Shown here: piece by piece, positions 10,388 to 19,279 of the stretch
Layout of the letters: each line of letters begins with the position of its first letter
Numbering within the stretch: position 1 is the first letter of the stretch
NCBI GenBank assembly: GCA_014240285.1
Contig: JAAZXI010000007.1
Location: 1 to 45,476, forward strand
Reading direction: 5' to 3'
Length of the DNA stretch: 45,476 bases
Origin: Methanobacteriota archaeon
GTDB lineage: Archaea; Thermoplasmatota; Poseidoniia; Poseidoniales; Thalassarchaeaceae
The notes under the pieces: generated by a model
Databases searched by the model: none
Told to the model about the DNA's origin: nothing
What the model saw: only the letters and a program-made list of their open reading frames with translations
Program-made: the position numbers and the translations under genes

Positions 10388-11496
10388 GTATAAGCAGAGA
10401 GAAATCCAAGGATGAAGTAATTCAGGCGCTCCATAATGTGGCTTCAGAGATGCATGACAAGATGTCCAAGGGCAATCCTCCGACGATGACACTGCCTGTC
10501 CGTTCTAAGAGTAACATCGGCTTCGACCAGCGGTTGGGGGTCTACAAATATGGCAAGAAAAGGACGGTCCGCGACGCAACCAACCTCGGTTCCGCTAAAC
10601 AGTTGCTGCGCTCACTACACGTCACCGAGTTCATCGAGGACATGATCAACAGCGGTAAGTCCTCAACCCTGAGAGAGATGTACTACATCTCCGAAGCCTG
10701 GGGCAACGGCAAATTCCACTCGCAGAATGAAAGCAATAACCTAGCTGAAGATCTCGAGATTGTCACCAAGTGTCTACGCGAGGACTTCCGTCTGAGACCG
10801 GAGGAGGACGGGGCTAGAATCATCGGGAATGTGACTTTTGAAGAGCGTAATCGACGTGGTGACTGGATGAGGATAAACTGTCGCGACGACGTCGGCGACT
10901 CTGGATATGGAGTCCCTTACAATGTCGAATCGGAGAAACTCAGACTCATTGATGAGGACATAGATTTCGTCATGGCAATAGAGACTGGTGGGATGTTCGA
11001 TCGACTGATTGAGAATGGTTTCGATGAGGAGGCGCGGTGTGCGCTAATCCACCTCAAGGGGCAACCTGCACGCTCCACTCGTCGAATTATGCGACGAATG
11101 AGTGACGAGTGGAAAAAGCCAATCGTGGTATTCGCTGACTGCGACCCATGGTCGTTCAGAATCTTTGCTAGTATCGCATACGGGGCTATCAAGACTGCTC
11201 ATATCTCAGAATACCTGGCGAGCAAGGGGGCGATATATCTCGGGATTACTGCAGATGATATTCTCGCTTATGACCTACCTAGCGATGACCTCTCAAAACA
11301 AGACTTGGGCGCTCTGCAGGCCGAATTGTCCGACCCTAGATTCTCTACAGGGTGGTGGCAGCAGCAGATTGAGTTGATGCAGGAGCTCGGGAAGAAGGCC
11401 GAGCAGCAGTCCCTAGCCAAGTACGGACTGGATTTCGTGACAGATACCTATCTCCCTGAAAAGTTGGCTCACCCGGATGTTGGTCTCGCCTACTGA
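10384..11496 (+). CDS. top6A: DNA topoisomerase VI subunit A
   Basis: STLREMYY (catalytic Tyr), AIETGGMF, KGQPARSTR, DCDPW (TOPRIM) and KAEQQ. ATGA overlap with top6B. Confidence 0.97.
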   Translation: MSISREKSKDEVIQALHNVASEMHDKMSKGNPPTMTLPVRSKSNIGFDQRLGVYKYGKKRTVRDATNLGSAKQLLRSLHVTEFIEDMINSGKSSTLREMYYISEAWGNGKFHSQNESNNLAEDLEIVTKCLREDFRLRPEEDGARIIGNVTFEERNRRGDWMRINCRDDVGDSGYGVPYNVESEKLRLIDEDIDFVMAIETGGMFDRLIENGFDEEARCALIHLKGQPARSTRRIMRRMSDEWKKPIVVFADCDPWSFRIFASIAYGAIKTAHISEYLASKGAIYLGITADDILAYDLPSDDLSKQDLGALQAELSDPRFSTGWWQQQIELMQELGKKAEQQSLAKYGLDFVTDTYLPEKLAHPDVGLAY

Positions 11497-11534
11497 TTGA
11501 GAAGTCTGATAGCACGGAGCCATCACCTCACGTC

Positions 11535-12269
11535 GTGGCTGACGTTACACTCTGGGCCAAAAGGCTCTCAGGAGCCTCGCTACTGCTGGTGCTGATTGGC
11601 GTAGTGTCATACTACAACGCCATGCCAGTGATGTTCGACGAGCTCGACCCCGCCCAGCGGCATCTTCTAGAGTTGGAAGTTGGAGAGAGTGAGGAAGTCA
11701 CTCTAGAGTTGTTTGGAGAGTATGTCGCCCTGCGTGTCACCGAAGGGGATTCGCAGACTGCTGAACTACGGCTGATTGATGCAATAGGGTCTGAGGAAAG
11801 TGGTTCGGCGCCCACGGGCCTAGATGTCGATAGACCGGGTGAGGACGGGACCTTGTATGCCCCTGTGAGGGTCTTCAGATCGGCTCAGGCCGGTGATTAC
11901 ACCCTACACAATGACGGAAACACTACCCTGTGGTTCGTGGATGATATATCTGCACAAAAAGCGCTTTTCGGTAGCGGTTGGTTCGTGATGATGTTCTTCG
12001 GGTGTTGCCTTGGATTGCCTCTTGGCGTCATCGCACTCATACTGGCTCTCGTAGGACGGGGGCAGCGTAAGAAATCCGGAGGACCTGTGGTCATGTCCAA
12101 AGAGGGTAGGTTGCCGACAACCGACGAGTTGTACAGACAGTACCGCGGCCTTCCGGAGGTAGAGGAGGAGAAACCGATAGCGGATCCTTTTCCTGGTCAA
12201 ACGAAGGTCGGTGAGGAATCCCAGCAGACCGGGGGCGATCGAGATTGGCAAGGCTGGGACGAAGGTTGA
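11535..12269 (+). CDS. Hypothetical membrane protein (2 TM segments flanking a beta-rich domain)
   Basis: Hydrophobic N-terminal helix, second TM (WFVMMFFGCCLGLPLGVIALILALVG), then a basic stretch and an acidic tail. Fills the gap after top6A. Confidence 0.7.
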   Translation: MADVTLWAKRLSGASLLLVLIGVVSYYNAMPVMFDELDPAQRHLLELEVGESEEVTLELFGEYVALRVTEGDSQTAELRLIDAIGSEESGSAPTGLDVDRPGEDGTLYAPVRVFRSAQAGDYTLHNDGNTTLWFVDDISAQKALFGSGWFVMMFFGCCLGLPLGVIALILALVGRGQRKKSGGPVVMSKEGRLPTTDELYRQYRGLPEVEEEKPIADPFPGQTKVGEESQQTGGDRDWQGWDEG

Positions 12270-12563
12270 TTACTGTCTCTTTCTGATTGCTACCATGACT
12301 ACTGATACCACAAGAATTGCAGCACCTAGGTAGCCAATCATCTGGCCGAGGGAATCAACTCTGTCTCTCATATCGCGGCCGTCTTGACACTGGCCCTCAT
12401 CAGCACCGATAATTTCTCCAATTGTGCCTGTCTCGTCTTCGCATTCATCGGCAATCCTCTGATTAATGGTATCAACTACTATTGAAGCAACAAACGACAA
12501 AGCCAGCATCAGCAATCCAGCGATGACTAGTACTGTGACTAGTACGGTCTTCCCGGCTCCCAT
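12270..12563 (-). CDS. Small hypothetical membrane protein (2 TM, loop with a Cys pair)
   Basis: 97 aa with two hydrophobic helices, an acidic loop holding two Cys and a basic C-terminus. Confidence 0.65.
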   Translation of the reverse strand: MGAGKTVLVTVLVIAGLLMLALSFVASIVVDTINQRIADECEDETGTIGEIIGADEGQCQDGRDMRDRVDSLGQMIGYLGAAILVVSVVMVAIRKRQ

Positions 12564-12583
12564 GACAGTTTTACTAGTTCGCC

Positions 12584-12645
12584 GGATATTATCCTATGCT
12601 CAAGTTGGGTTTTTAGAAGGCCCCCACTACCCAACCTCAGGTTGG
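12584..12645. promoter_or_regulatory. Putative operator palindromes upstream of the ArsR-type regulator
   Basis: GGATA-T-TATCC (12584-12594) and CCAACCT-C-AGGTTGG (12631-12645) flank a TATA-like TTTTTAGA (12610-12617). Confidence 0.5.
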
Positions 12646-12652
12646 TAAGTAA

Positions 12653-13390
12653 ATGGTAGGTTTCGACGAGGCGCTCTCGATACTCGAAAACCCCACTCGG
12701 CGTCAGATTCTCAGGAAATTGGTCAAGGAACCTCACTACCCTTTGCAACTCTCTGAGTTACTGAATGTAAGTCAGCAAGCAGTGGTCAAGCACCTCAAGG
12801 TGCTAGAAGAATCGGGGTTCGTGGATTCCGAACGTGTGCCATCTGAGAAAGGAGGGCCGCCGAAGAAGATGTACAAGGTCAATCAGTCCTTCTCCCTGCG
12901 TCTCGACCTCGGACCTGATCTGTTCCGCGCCGAGCACAGGAAGATACCAGCTGGAGGGCCGATGCGCCTCTCGAATAGGCTGCCGGCTGAGTTGAATGGA
13001 GTGGTCGACAGGCTGGGTACTCGACGCAAACTCCCTATGGTCGAAGCGATGGGGGTCCTCTCGGAATTGGACTCTGCGCTCGAACGCATAGACGAACATC
13101 GTGACGCTGTGATAGCACTCCATCAGCAAGTGATGAGGAAGGTCTCTCCAAGCATCTCCGAACAATCTGAGACATACGAGGAGAGGCAATTGGCGCACGC
13201 CATCATGAATCAGCCTCGCAGGCCCCTCGATCTGGATGCCTTCTCGCAGGGCCTGCGTATCCAGTCGATGGATGCAGAGGAAATGATGGATGCTCTGCGC
13301 GAGCGTCTGATGCGTGATTTCGCGGCCAGCCGAGGACGTCTCGTCGCGGCACGTGAGGGCACGCCGCTGCCGTGGTGGCTGGCGCGCTAA
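12653..13390 (+). CDS. ArsR-type HTH transcriptional regulator with C-terminal helical extension
   Basis: LENPTRRQILRKL..YPLQLSELLNVSQQAVVKHLKVLEESGFV..GGPPKKMY, an archaeal winged HTH. Confidence 0.9.
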   Translation: MVGFDEALSILENPTRRQILRKLVKEPHYPLQLSELLNVSQQAVVKHLKVLEESGFVDSERVPSEKGGPPKKMYKVNQSFSLRLDLGPDLFRAEHRKIPAGGPMRLSNRLPAELNGVVDRLGTRRKLPMVEAMGVLSELDSALERIDEHRDAVIALHQQVMRKVSPSISEQSETYEERQLAHAIMNQPRRPLDLDAFSQGLRIQSMDAEEMMDALRERLMRDFAASRGRLVAAREGTPLPWWLAR

Positions 13391-16300
13391 TCAGAAGACC
13401 ATGTCCTCATCATCGAGATTCGAAAGCATGCTGGACTTCTCGGCGAAGCGGATCTTCGCCTCCTCCCTACGACTCCACATGACCACTGCGACCACTCCGA
13501 CTAAAGCGATCGTCGCGCCGAGGATGATGGTCGGCACGGTGTATTGGGCAACAATCTCAATTCCAACATCGAGGATCCCTAGATTCGAGCCCATCTTCTG
13601 AGAGACCTTCTTGATGTTGCTATTTATGGATTCATCAGTCTCGACGATTACGTTGTCCGGGTCCACGACGACCACGACATCGTGGTTTCCAGCTTCAACC
13701 ATGTAGAGCAGGGCTATCTGAGGTGGCTCCGAGCCATCGCATGGCTCTGGAAGACTTTGAGGATTGTCACAGGGCATTATCGCCTCAACAATCTGCCTGT
13801 AAACGATGTTGTCCTCATCGCATCCGTTCCTTTTGATGTCTGAAGGAGACTGGTCAACACACAGTATGATGTTAACATCAGTGGCGTGCGAGTTGCCAGC
13901 GTTGACAATCTCTACATTGACCGAAAGCATCTCGCCGACCTCTCCAGTGTAATCTTCAACGTTGACCGCGACAATCTTGAGATCGGGAGCCCTGAGTCTC
14001 AGTTCGATGATTTGCTCGTTGGTGTCGCAGTTGGGGCGGTAGTTGTCCGGCAAACCGTCTTTGTTCGCGTCGAGGGTGCAGGAGTCGTCCCATACAGCGG
14101 TCTCATCGTGATCACCGCCTGCTTCCGAGGAGCCAAAGTCTGAGAAGACCTTGATTCCAATCTCTCGGTTGGTCAGTTTAGCAGTCGGTTCAATCTGGAT
14201 TATTACGACAATTTGTAAAGTCGAATAGGCTTCCATCACCGGCATAGTGATTGCATTGGTACGGGCTGATAGGTAGCAGCCTTCTGGGGGATTATCGCCC
14301 AGAATCTGAACGCTGCACGGCCTTTCAATTGGATACTCTGTGTCGAAGTCTTCGAGCAATGCGTAGCTGATAACCCAATTGTCTAGCAGGGGTCCCATCG
14401 AAGGGGACGTTTGCCACGAATATGGATCATCGCGGTCGTAGAGGGTGTAGTTGTGCAAGGTCGGCTGGTCGTTGACATTGCCGAAGTTAGTGATATTCAT
14501 GGTAAATCGTACAATCCTGCCAGGGGCTGTGGTCTTGATTCGGCTCTCAACCATAGGATCAACCTCTATCCGCATGTCATGGAACTCTACTATCTCGATC
14601 TGCAACTGGATGGTATCCCTCAGTTTGGTGCCCTCGTAGGTCTCCTCACTGAGCACATGTAGAGTCACGGTGTATTGGCCGGCGAGGGCCATCTCGGGTA
14701 TATTGAGTATGATCGGAACGGTCTGCGACTCATCGCGATCCAACTCTTGGAAAAGCATCCTAGGAATTTCTATATCCCAAACTTGAGAATTGCCAAATGA
14801 GTCGGTTATTGAATTCACAATGATGTTGTATCTATCAGCCCCGTTGCCGATATTGTCTACAGTAGTGTCCAACTGGTATATCTGGCTTGGATATAATGAC
14901 AATATGGTCTCCGGAACACTTGCATCCAAATTGTACTCCTGAATAACATTGGTAAGGAGGACAACCGAATCTCTAACCCTTGGTGTTCCCTCTAAGTGTG
15001 CTTTCACAGAAACAGAATCGCCGAGACCTGCCGTGGCATTGTATGGAGCACACATGATAGCAGTGACTGTGGAAGGAGTATCGATAATAGACCAATAACG
15101 GGGGGCACTATCAGGAATGCCGTTTCCTCCTGGGGCTTGTGAGAAGTCAAGGTCTACTGTCCAATGGTCGAATCTCCAAGTCTGTTCGGAAATCTCAGGA
15201 GGTCTCTCCTCGGGTCCTCCAGGTGTGGTGAAAATGATGTGTCCTGGGGTGAAGTGTTTGGTCACATCTATATCGAATTCTGCACAGTCCCCGGGTAACA
15301 CATACTGAGTCGTGTCGCCCATCTGGAAAACTATGTTTCCGGTGCTCTTGATAGAGACGTTAATCCAGAGCTCAAGGACATCGAAGGTACCTTGCTCAAT
15401 TGAGAGCACGGGCTCCCCAGTGGACCAGCCTTTCAGATAGATAACAAAAGTCCCTGGGTCCTGTGAAGTAGGGACTGAAACCTGTAGATTCCTAGTAACT
15501 GACTGCCCTGGATCCAGCGATAAAGAGAGGGGGAATGTCAGGCCCCAACCGAAAGGTAGGGCCCATTCGACTTGTCCCTCTAGAGTAGACGGATCGTAGA
15601 ACGCGTACGAATCATAGACGTTGCCAGTATTAGTTACTGTAATGGAGAAGAACGCTGATTCTCCTTGTTCGACGTCGACTTGGTAGTGACTTGTGTCGAG
15701 GTCTATCCCATGTACAACATCCATCAGTGTCAGCGTGATTAAGTTGTCATTGATGGCTGGATCTTTGTGAGAAACTGCGGCAACTGTTATTGTAGCTAAT
15801 TCATCCGAATGGGCTTGATATATCGTAGGTGCGCGGACGCGCATGTACAAATGAGCAAAATCTCCCCCACGCAGGAATACTGGAGTGGAGTCGAAAATAG
15901 GTGTGTGGTTGGTTGCGAAAAACAACGTGGCTGTCCAATTATTCGGGACTCCTTGCAACGTAACTGTGAAGGTATCGGATACGAGATTGACTGGGCCAGG
16001 AGTCGGGTTAGAGATGGTCATGTTGAACAAAGTCTGTTCACCGGGCTCAATGGTGTGATAGTAAGTCTCAGTCTCTGCAAAAGAAACGTCAACAAGACCG
16101 GTGAGTACATGCACATAGCAAAGAGTGTACGTGCCCCCGTTACTCTGGTCATTGCACTTGTTGGTGTCAGACCAAGCTAGGTGCGCCCCGCTGCCCATAT
16201 CATTCACGAATGCTGGTGGCTGACCGAGATCAGGGGCGGCTGGTGAATTAGGACCCAGTTTATCTGATTGCCACTCAGTCACGGACACGACCTCCCATGG

Positions 16301-18508
16301 GTCAAATATACCTAAAGCTAGAGAATTGAGTGGAAACCCTTCCGGATAGTCGTCATTTGTATTGTTTAGCTTTGCATAGACTATGGATTCACCTTGGCTT
16401 TCATTAGAATTTTCCAGCCACGCAAAGTGAACATTGTCGAAAGAGTCCGTGATAATGCTGGGCATATGTGAGTTGGCCCCATAAGGACGGCCGGTCGGAA
16501 TTCCATCGACACCTTCAACATTGGATATAGCGGAGTCGACAATCTGTTTGATTCCGTACGAAGGGAGGCCATCTGGTGCCCCATCCCAGTCACCAGCACC
16601 CCGGAGTCGCAAACGGGTGTAGTAGATTTCATAGTTGACATTCATGTCAAAACCATATGCTCGTCCATCCATCCAAGCTAAGTGGGTGTTGCCCGAATTG
16701 TCCACTGAAATAGCAGGGTGTAAACTGTAAGCGTCATTGAGTGTTATTCTAGTGTCGTTGACTACAACAAGATGGCCATAACCCAATCCATCCAAAGAAG
16801 GGCCTAAATCTTCAACGTATGAGTTTCCTTGAATCTTTGTTCCCGGGTCTCCCTTCGACCAACTAGGGGGCTGGTTATCCAAAAGGGAGAGGGGGTCGAG
16901 GATGGTCATGAATATCTCACGAGAGTTGTTGGTTGAAAGGTAAATCATCGCCTCAACCATCAACTGCAATTCAGCCGAACTAGATGCAGAGTTTGGGAAG
17001 CTGTACATCTGCCCCTCTGCATCTGTGAGGCTAGTGTTTGTGCCGGGGCATGACCTTGTGTTCAGGCTGACGAACCCATTCGGGCATTGGGCTAGGTCCA
17101 TCATATGAGATCCTACTTCGGTGTCGCCGGATCCGAAACCCGCTGCAAGGAGGGGGACTGGAATGATACCAGCTCGGACGCATGCATCGTGGGCCTCGTT
17201 GATGCTTTGGATATCATCTGACTGCTGGTTGGGAGTCCCGCCGTACGGTCCTTCATCAGAGACTGGAATTACAATCTTGGTCGCGTTAGGATTCCAGCGA
17301 TGGTCTAATTGGGTTGGGGGATTTCCAGGAACGTTTCCTGTTATATCCTTCCATGAAAGGCACGCCCAAGTGGATCCGGGACCCCAAAACTCGCTGTAGT
17401 ACCCACCGTCCTGTGGCAAGTTGACCGCGCCGTTGTTGTAGACCACCTCGGTGAGTTCCCTCAGACCGCCAGAATCATCACCAGGGACCAAGCCAAGAGG
17501 GGTTGAGCGTGGACCTTGGCTGCCGGATCCTCCGGTCTGATAAGCTGCGGCACAGTTGCCACTGGTGGCCGCGCTCGGCCAATTACCACTGAGTGCATAT
17601 AGCGTCTCATAGACGGTCATGTTAGCGGTAAGAAGCATTGGCTTGAGGCCTTCGAAGTAGCCGCCGCTAGCGAAATTGCCACCGTAGAAGACCACACACA
17701 TATCTGCCCACTCAGTGTTCATAGAACCGGAAGTGTCGATTGGGGCGACTATCTCGACCTTGCCGCCTCTGGTATCATCCCAAACAATCTGCACAAAGTC
17801 ATCGGCGTCGACGGCAATATCGGGATGTCCCTTGTGACCGATAATAGGAGTTAGTAGGGTCTCACCTACAGCGCGTATGGCGTCACGTGACAGTACATCG
17901 GGCTCTATCATCGAGTAGTAGATTTGGGGCTGTTGGTAGAACTTGTTCAAAGGTTCAAAAGAGTCCTCCCAGACTATGTGTGCGTTGTTCTGCGAGTCGG
18001 TTGCGATTGCTGGCCAGTCGCGATTCTGTGAGTGAACCGAGACCTCGTAGTCGTTGATGATTGAGATTACTTCGTCGGATGCTGAGTCACCGTCTTGGTC
18101 ATCTTGAGATGGATCAATCATCGTGTAAAGAATAGTCCATTGGGACGATTTATCCGCCCAGGTGATATGCGCATTATCATCTCCGTCGATAATTATGTCC
18201 GGGTGCCAAGCACGGTGAGCTCCGGGGTTGGATATCTGTGTCTCGGCAATCAGAACCTCCCCTCTCGGATCGTGCATCTGGTACCAGAGGTGCTGGGTGT
18301 TGCGACTCCAGACGAAGTGCACGTTGCCCATCGAATCGGCATCTGCAGCCACCATCTTGTCGCTAGCTGAGCCCCCATTTACAATCTGAATCGCGTCAGT
18401 CAAAACCACTTCACTAGCCTCGGCCTGCGGGAATTCGATTACCGCGAAAGTACTCATCATCATCAGAAGAACCATTGTTACGCTGTTTCTCATCTTTGCA
18501 GTTTCCAT
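13391..18508 (-). CDS. Large single-pass cell-surface protein: beta-propeller with inserted vWA domain, Ig-like/CARDB repeats, TM anchor
   Basis: Signal peptide; seven P-x-I-x-x-D-x-x-x-N-x-H-x-x-W repeats; IDTSGSM and IVIPVSDEG (vWA/MIDAS); six Ig-like units, several with NxGN, the last CARDB-like (PDLKIVAV..VVVVDPDNVIVETDESIN); C-terminal TM helix. Confidence 0.85.
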   Translation of the reverse strand: METAKMRNSVTMVLLMMMSTFAVIEFPQAEASEVVLTDAIQIVNGGSASDKMVAADADSMGNVHFVWSRNTQHLWYQMHDPRGEVLIAETQISNPGAHRAWHPDIIIDGDDNAHITWADKSSQWTILYTMIDPSQDDQDGDSASDEVISIINDYEVSVHSQNRDWPAIATDSQNNAHIVWEDSFEPLNKFYQQPQIYYSMIEPDVLSRDAIRAVGETLLTPIIGHKGHPDIAVDADDFVQIVWDDTRGGKVEIVAPIDTSGSMNTEWADMCVVFYGGNFASGGYFEGLKPMLLTANMTVYETLYALSGNWPSAATSGNCAAAYQTGGSGSQGPRSTPLGLVPGDDSGGLRELTEVVYNNGAVNLPQDGGYYSEFWGPGSTWACLSWKDITGNVPGNPPTQLDHRWNPNATKIVIPVSDEGPYGGTPNQQSDDIQSINEAHDACVRAGIIPVPLLAAGFGSGDTEVGSHMMDLAQCPNGFVSLNTRSCPGTNTSLTDAEGQMYSFPNSASSSAELQLMVEAMIYLSTNNSREIFMTILDPLSLLDNQPPSWSKGDPGTKIQGNSYVEDLGPSLDGLGYGHLVVVNDTRITLNDAYSLHPAISVDNSGNTHLAWMDGRAYGFDMNVNYEIYYTRLRLRGAGDWDGAPDGLPSYGIKQIVDSAISNVEGVDGIPTGRPYGANSHMPSIITDSFDNVHFAWLENSNESQGESIVYAKLNNTNDDYPEGFPLNSLALGIFDPWEVVSVTEWQSDKLGPNSPAAPDLGQPPAFVNDMGSGAHLAWSDTNKCNDQSNGGTYTLCYVHVLTGLVDVSFAETETYYHTIEPGEQTLFNMTISNPTPGPVNLVSDTFTVTLQGVPNNWTATLFFATNHTPIFDSTPVFLRGGDFAHLYMRVRAPTIYQAHSDELATITVAAVSHKDPAINDNLITLTLMDVVHGIDLDTSHYQVDVEQGESAFFSITVTNTGNVYDSYAFYDPSTLEGQVEWALPFGWGLTFPLSLSLDPGQSVTRNLQVSVPTSQDPGTFVIYLKGWSTGEPVLSIEQGTFDVLELWINVSIKSTGNIVFQMGDTTQYVLPGDCAEFDIDVTKHFTPGHIIFTTPGGPEERPPEISEQTWRFDHWTVDLDFSQAPGGNGIPDSAPRYWSIIDTPSTVTAIMCAPYNATAGLGDSVSVKAHLEGTPRVRDSVVLLTNVIQEYNLDASVPETILSLYPSQIYQLDTTVDNIGNGADRYNIIVNSITDSFGNSQVWDIEIPRMLFQELDRDESQTVPIILNIPEMALAGQYTVTLHVLSEETYEGTKLRDTIQLQIEIVEFHDMRIEVDPMVESRIKTTAPGRIVRFTMNITNFGNVNDQPTLHNYTLYDRDDPYSWQTSPSMGPLLDNWVISYALLEDFDTEYPIERPCSVQILGDNPPEGCYLSARTNAITMPVMEAYSTLQIVVIIQIEPTAKLTNREIGIKVFSDFGSSEAGGDHDETAVWDDSCTLDANKDGLPDNYRPNCDTNEQIIELRLRAPDLKIVAVNVEDYTGEVGEMLSVNVEIVNAGNSHATDVNIILCVDQSPSDIKRNGCDEDNIVYRQIVEAIMPCDNPQSLPEPCDGSEPPQIALLYMVEAGNHDVVVVVDPDNVIVETDESINSNIKKVSQKMGSNLGILDVGIEIVAQYTVPTIILGATIALVGVVAVVMWSRREEAKIRFAEKSSMLSNLDDEDMVF

Positions 18509-18625
18509 TATTCAACCCTCCAGCACGGTTGCTGTAACATCCTAGTTTGGCTTCCAGCGATACTTAACCTCGCCCCTTTGCCGTCACTTGCGCGCGTAAG
18601 GGCGCGCGCGACTGAGGAGGAGGGA

Positions 18626-19258
18626 TCATGCCCATTCTGAAGGGTCGAAGTCGCGACCGAAACTGCCTGTCTCATCAGTGTCTATCTCACTCACCTCTGA
18701 ATGCACTTGAGGCTGATTGCTCCTACTCTGAGCCTTCTTGGAGATCCAGTCGTCAACCGGCCCGGGCTTGCCGACACCGGGCCCGTAAGCGAACTTAATC
18801 TTGTGAATCAAAGCGAGCTTGGTGAGCCAAAGATGGCGCATTGTGTGCATGAACTCGTTCTGTGTCAGGCCGTCGAACCAAATCGGACGAGAGAGGTTGA
18901 ATGCCTGCAGCGGACCGGGTACCCCATTCTGCTTCTTGCCCACATGAAGGACCCAGTCGAGGTCCGCCTGAGTGAGGTGTATCCTAGTATCGTGAAGCCA
19001 TCGCTCCCAATCCCCAGACTCTCCTCTGGAATGTTCGGTCATCTCGTTCTGCTGACCGTCGTCGACACGGGTTACTGAGTAAATCAGGATGAGGTCGCGG
19101 TTCTTCGGGATAACGACGTTGAACACATGGCCCTGCTTGGTCGGGGGGTAACGGACGTGAAGGTGTAGCATGGCCTGCTGGTCAACAACATCTCGGGCTT
19201 CGAGGCGCTCGCTCTGCAGCCACTCTCGCACCCTGTCGGCGGCCTCGCGGGAGTTCAT
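18626..19258 (-). CDS. Conserved archaeal protein, DUF2299-like
   Basis: VREWLQSE start, VVIPKNRDLILI and RPIWFDGLTQNEFMHTM resemble DUF2299 proteins as I recall them. Confidence 0.6.
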   Translation of the reverse strand: MNSREAADRVREWLQSERLEARDVVDQQAMLHLHVRYPPTKQGHVFNVVIPKNRDLILIYSVTRVDDGQQNEMTEHSRGESGDWERWLHDTRIHLTQADLDWVLHVGKKQNGVPGPLQAFNLSRPIWFDGLTQNEFMHTMRHLWLTKLALIHKIKFAYGPGVGKPGPVDDWISKKAQSRSNQPQVHSEVSEIDTDETGSFGRDFDPSEWA

Positions 19259-19279
19259 GATGGGTTTGAAGCGCCCGTC

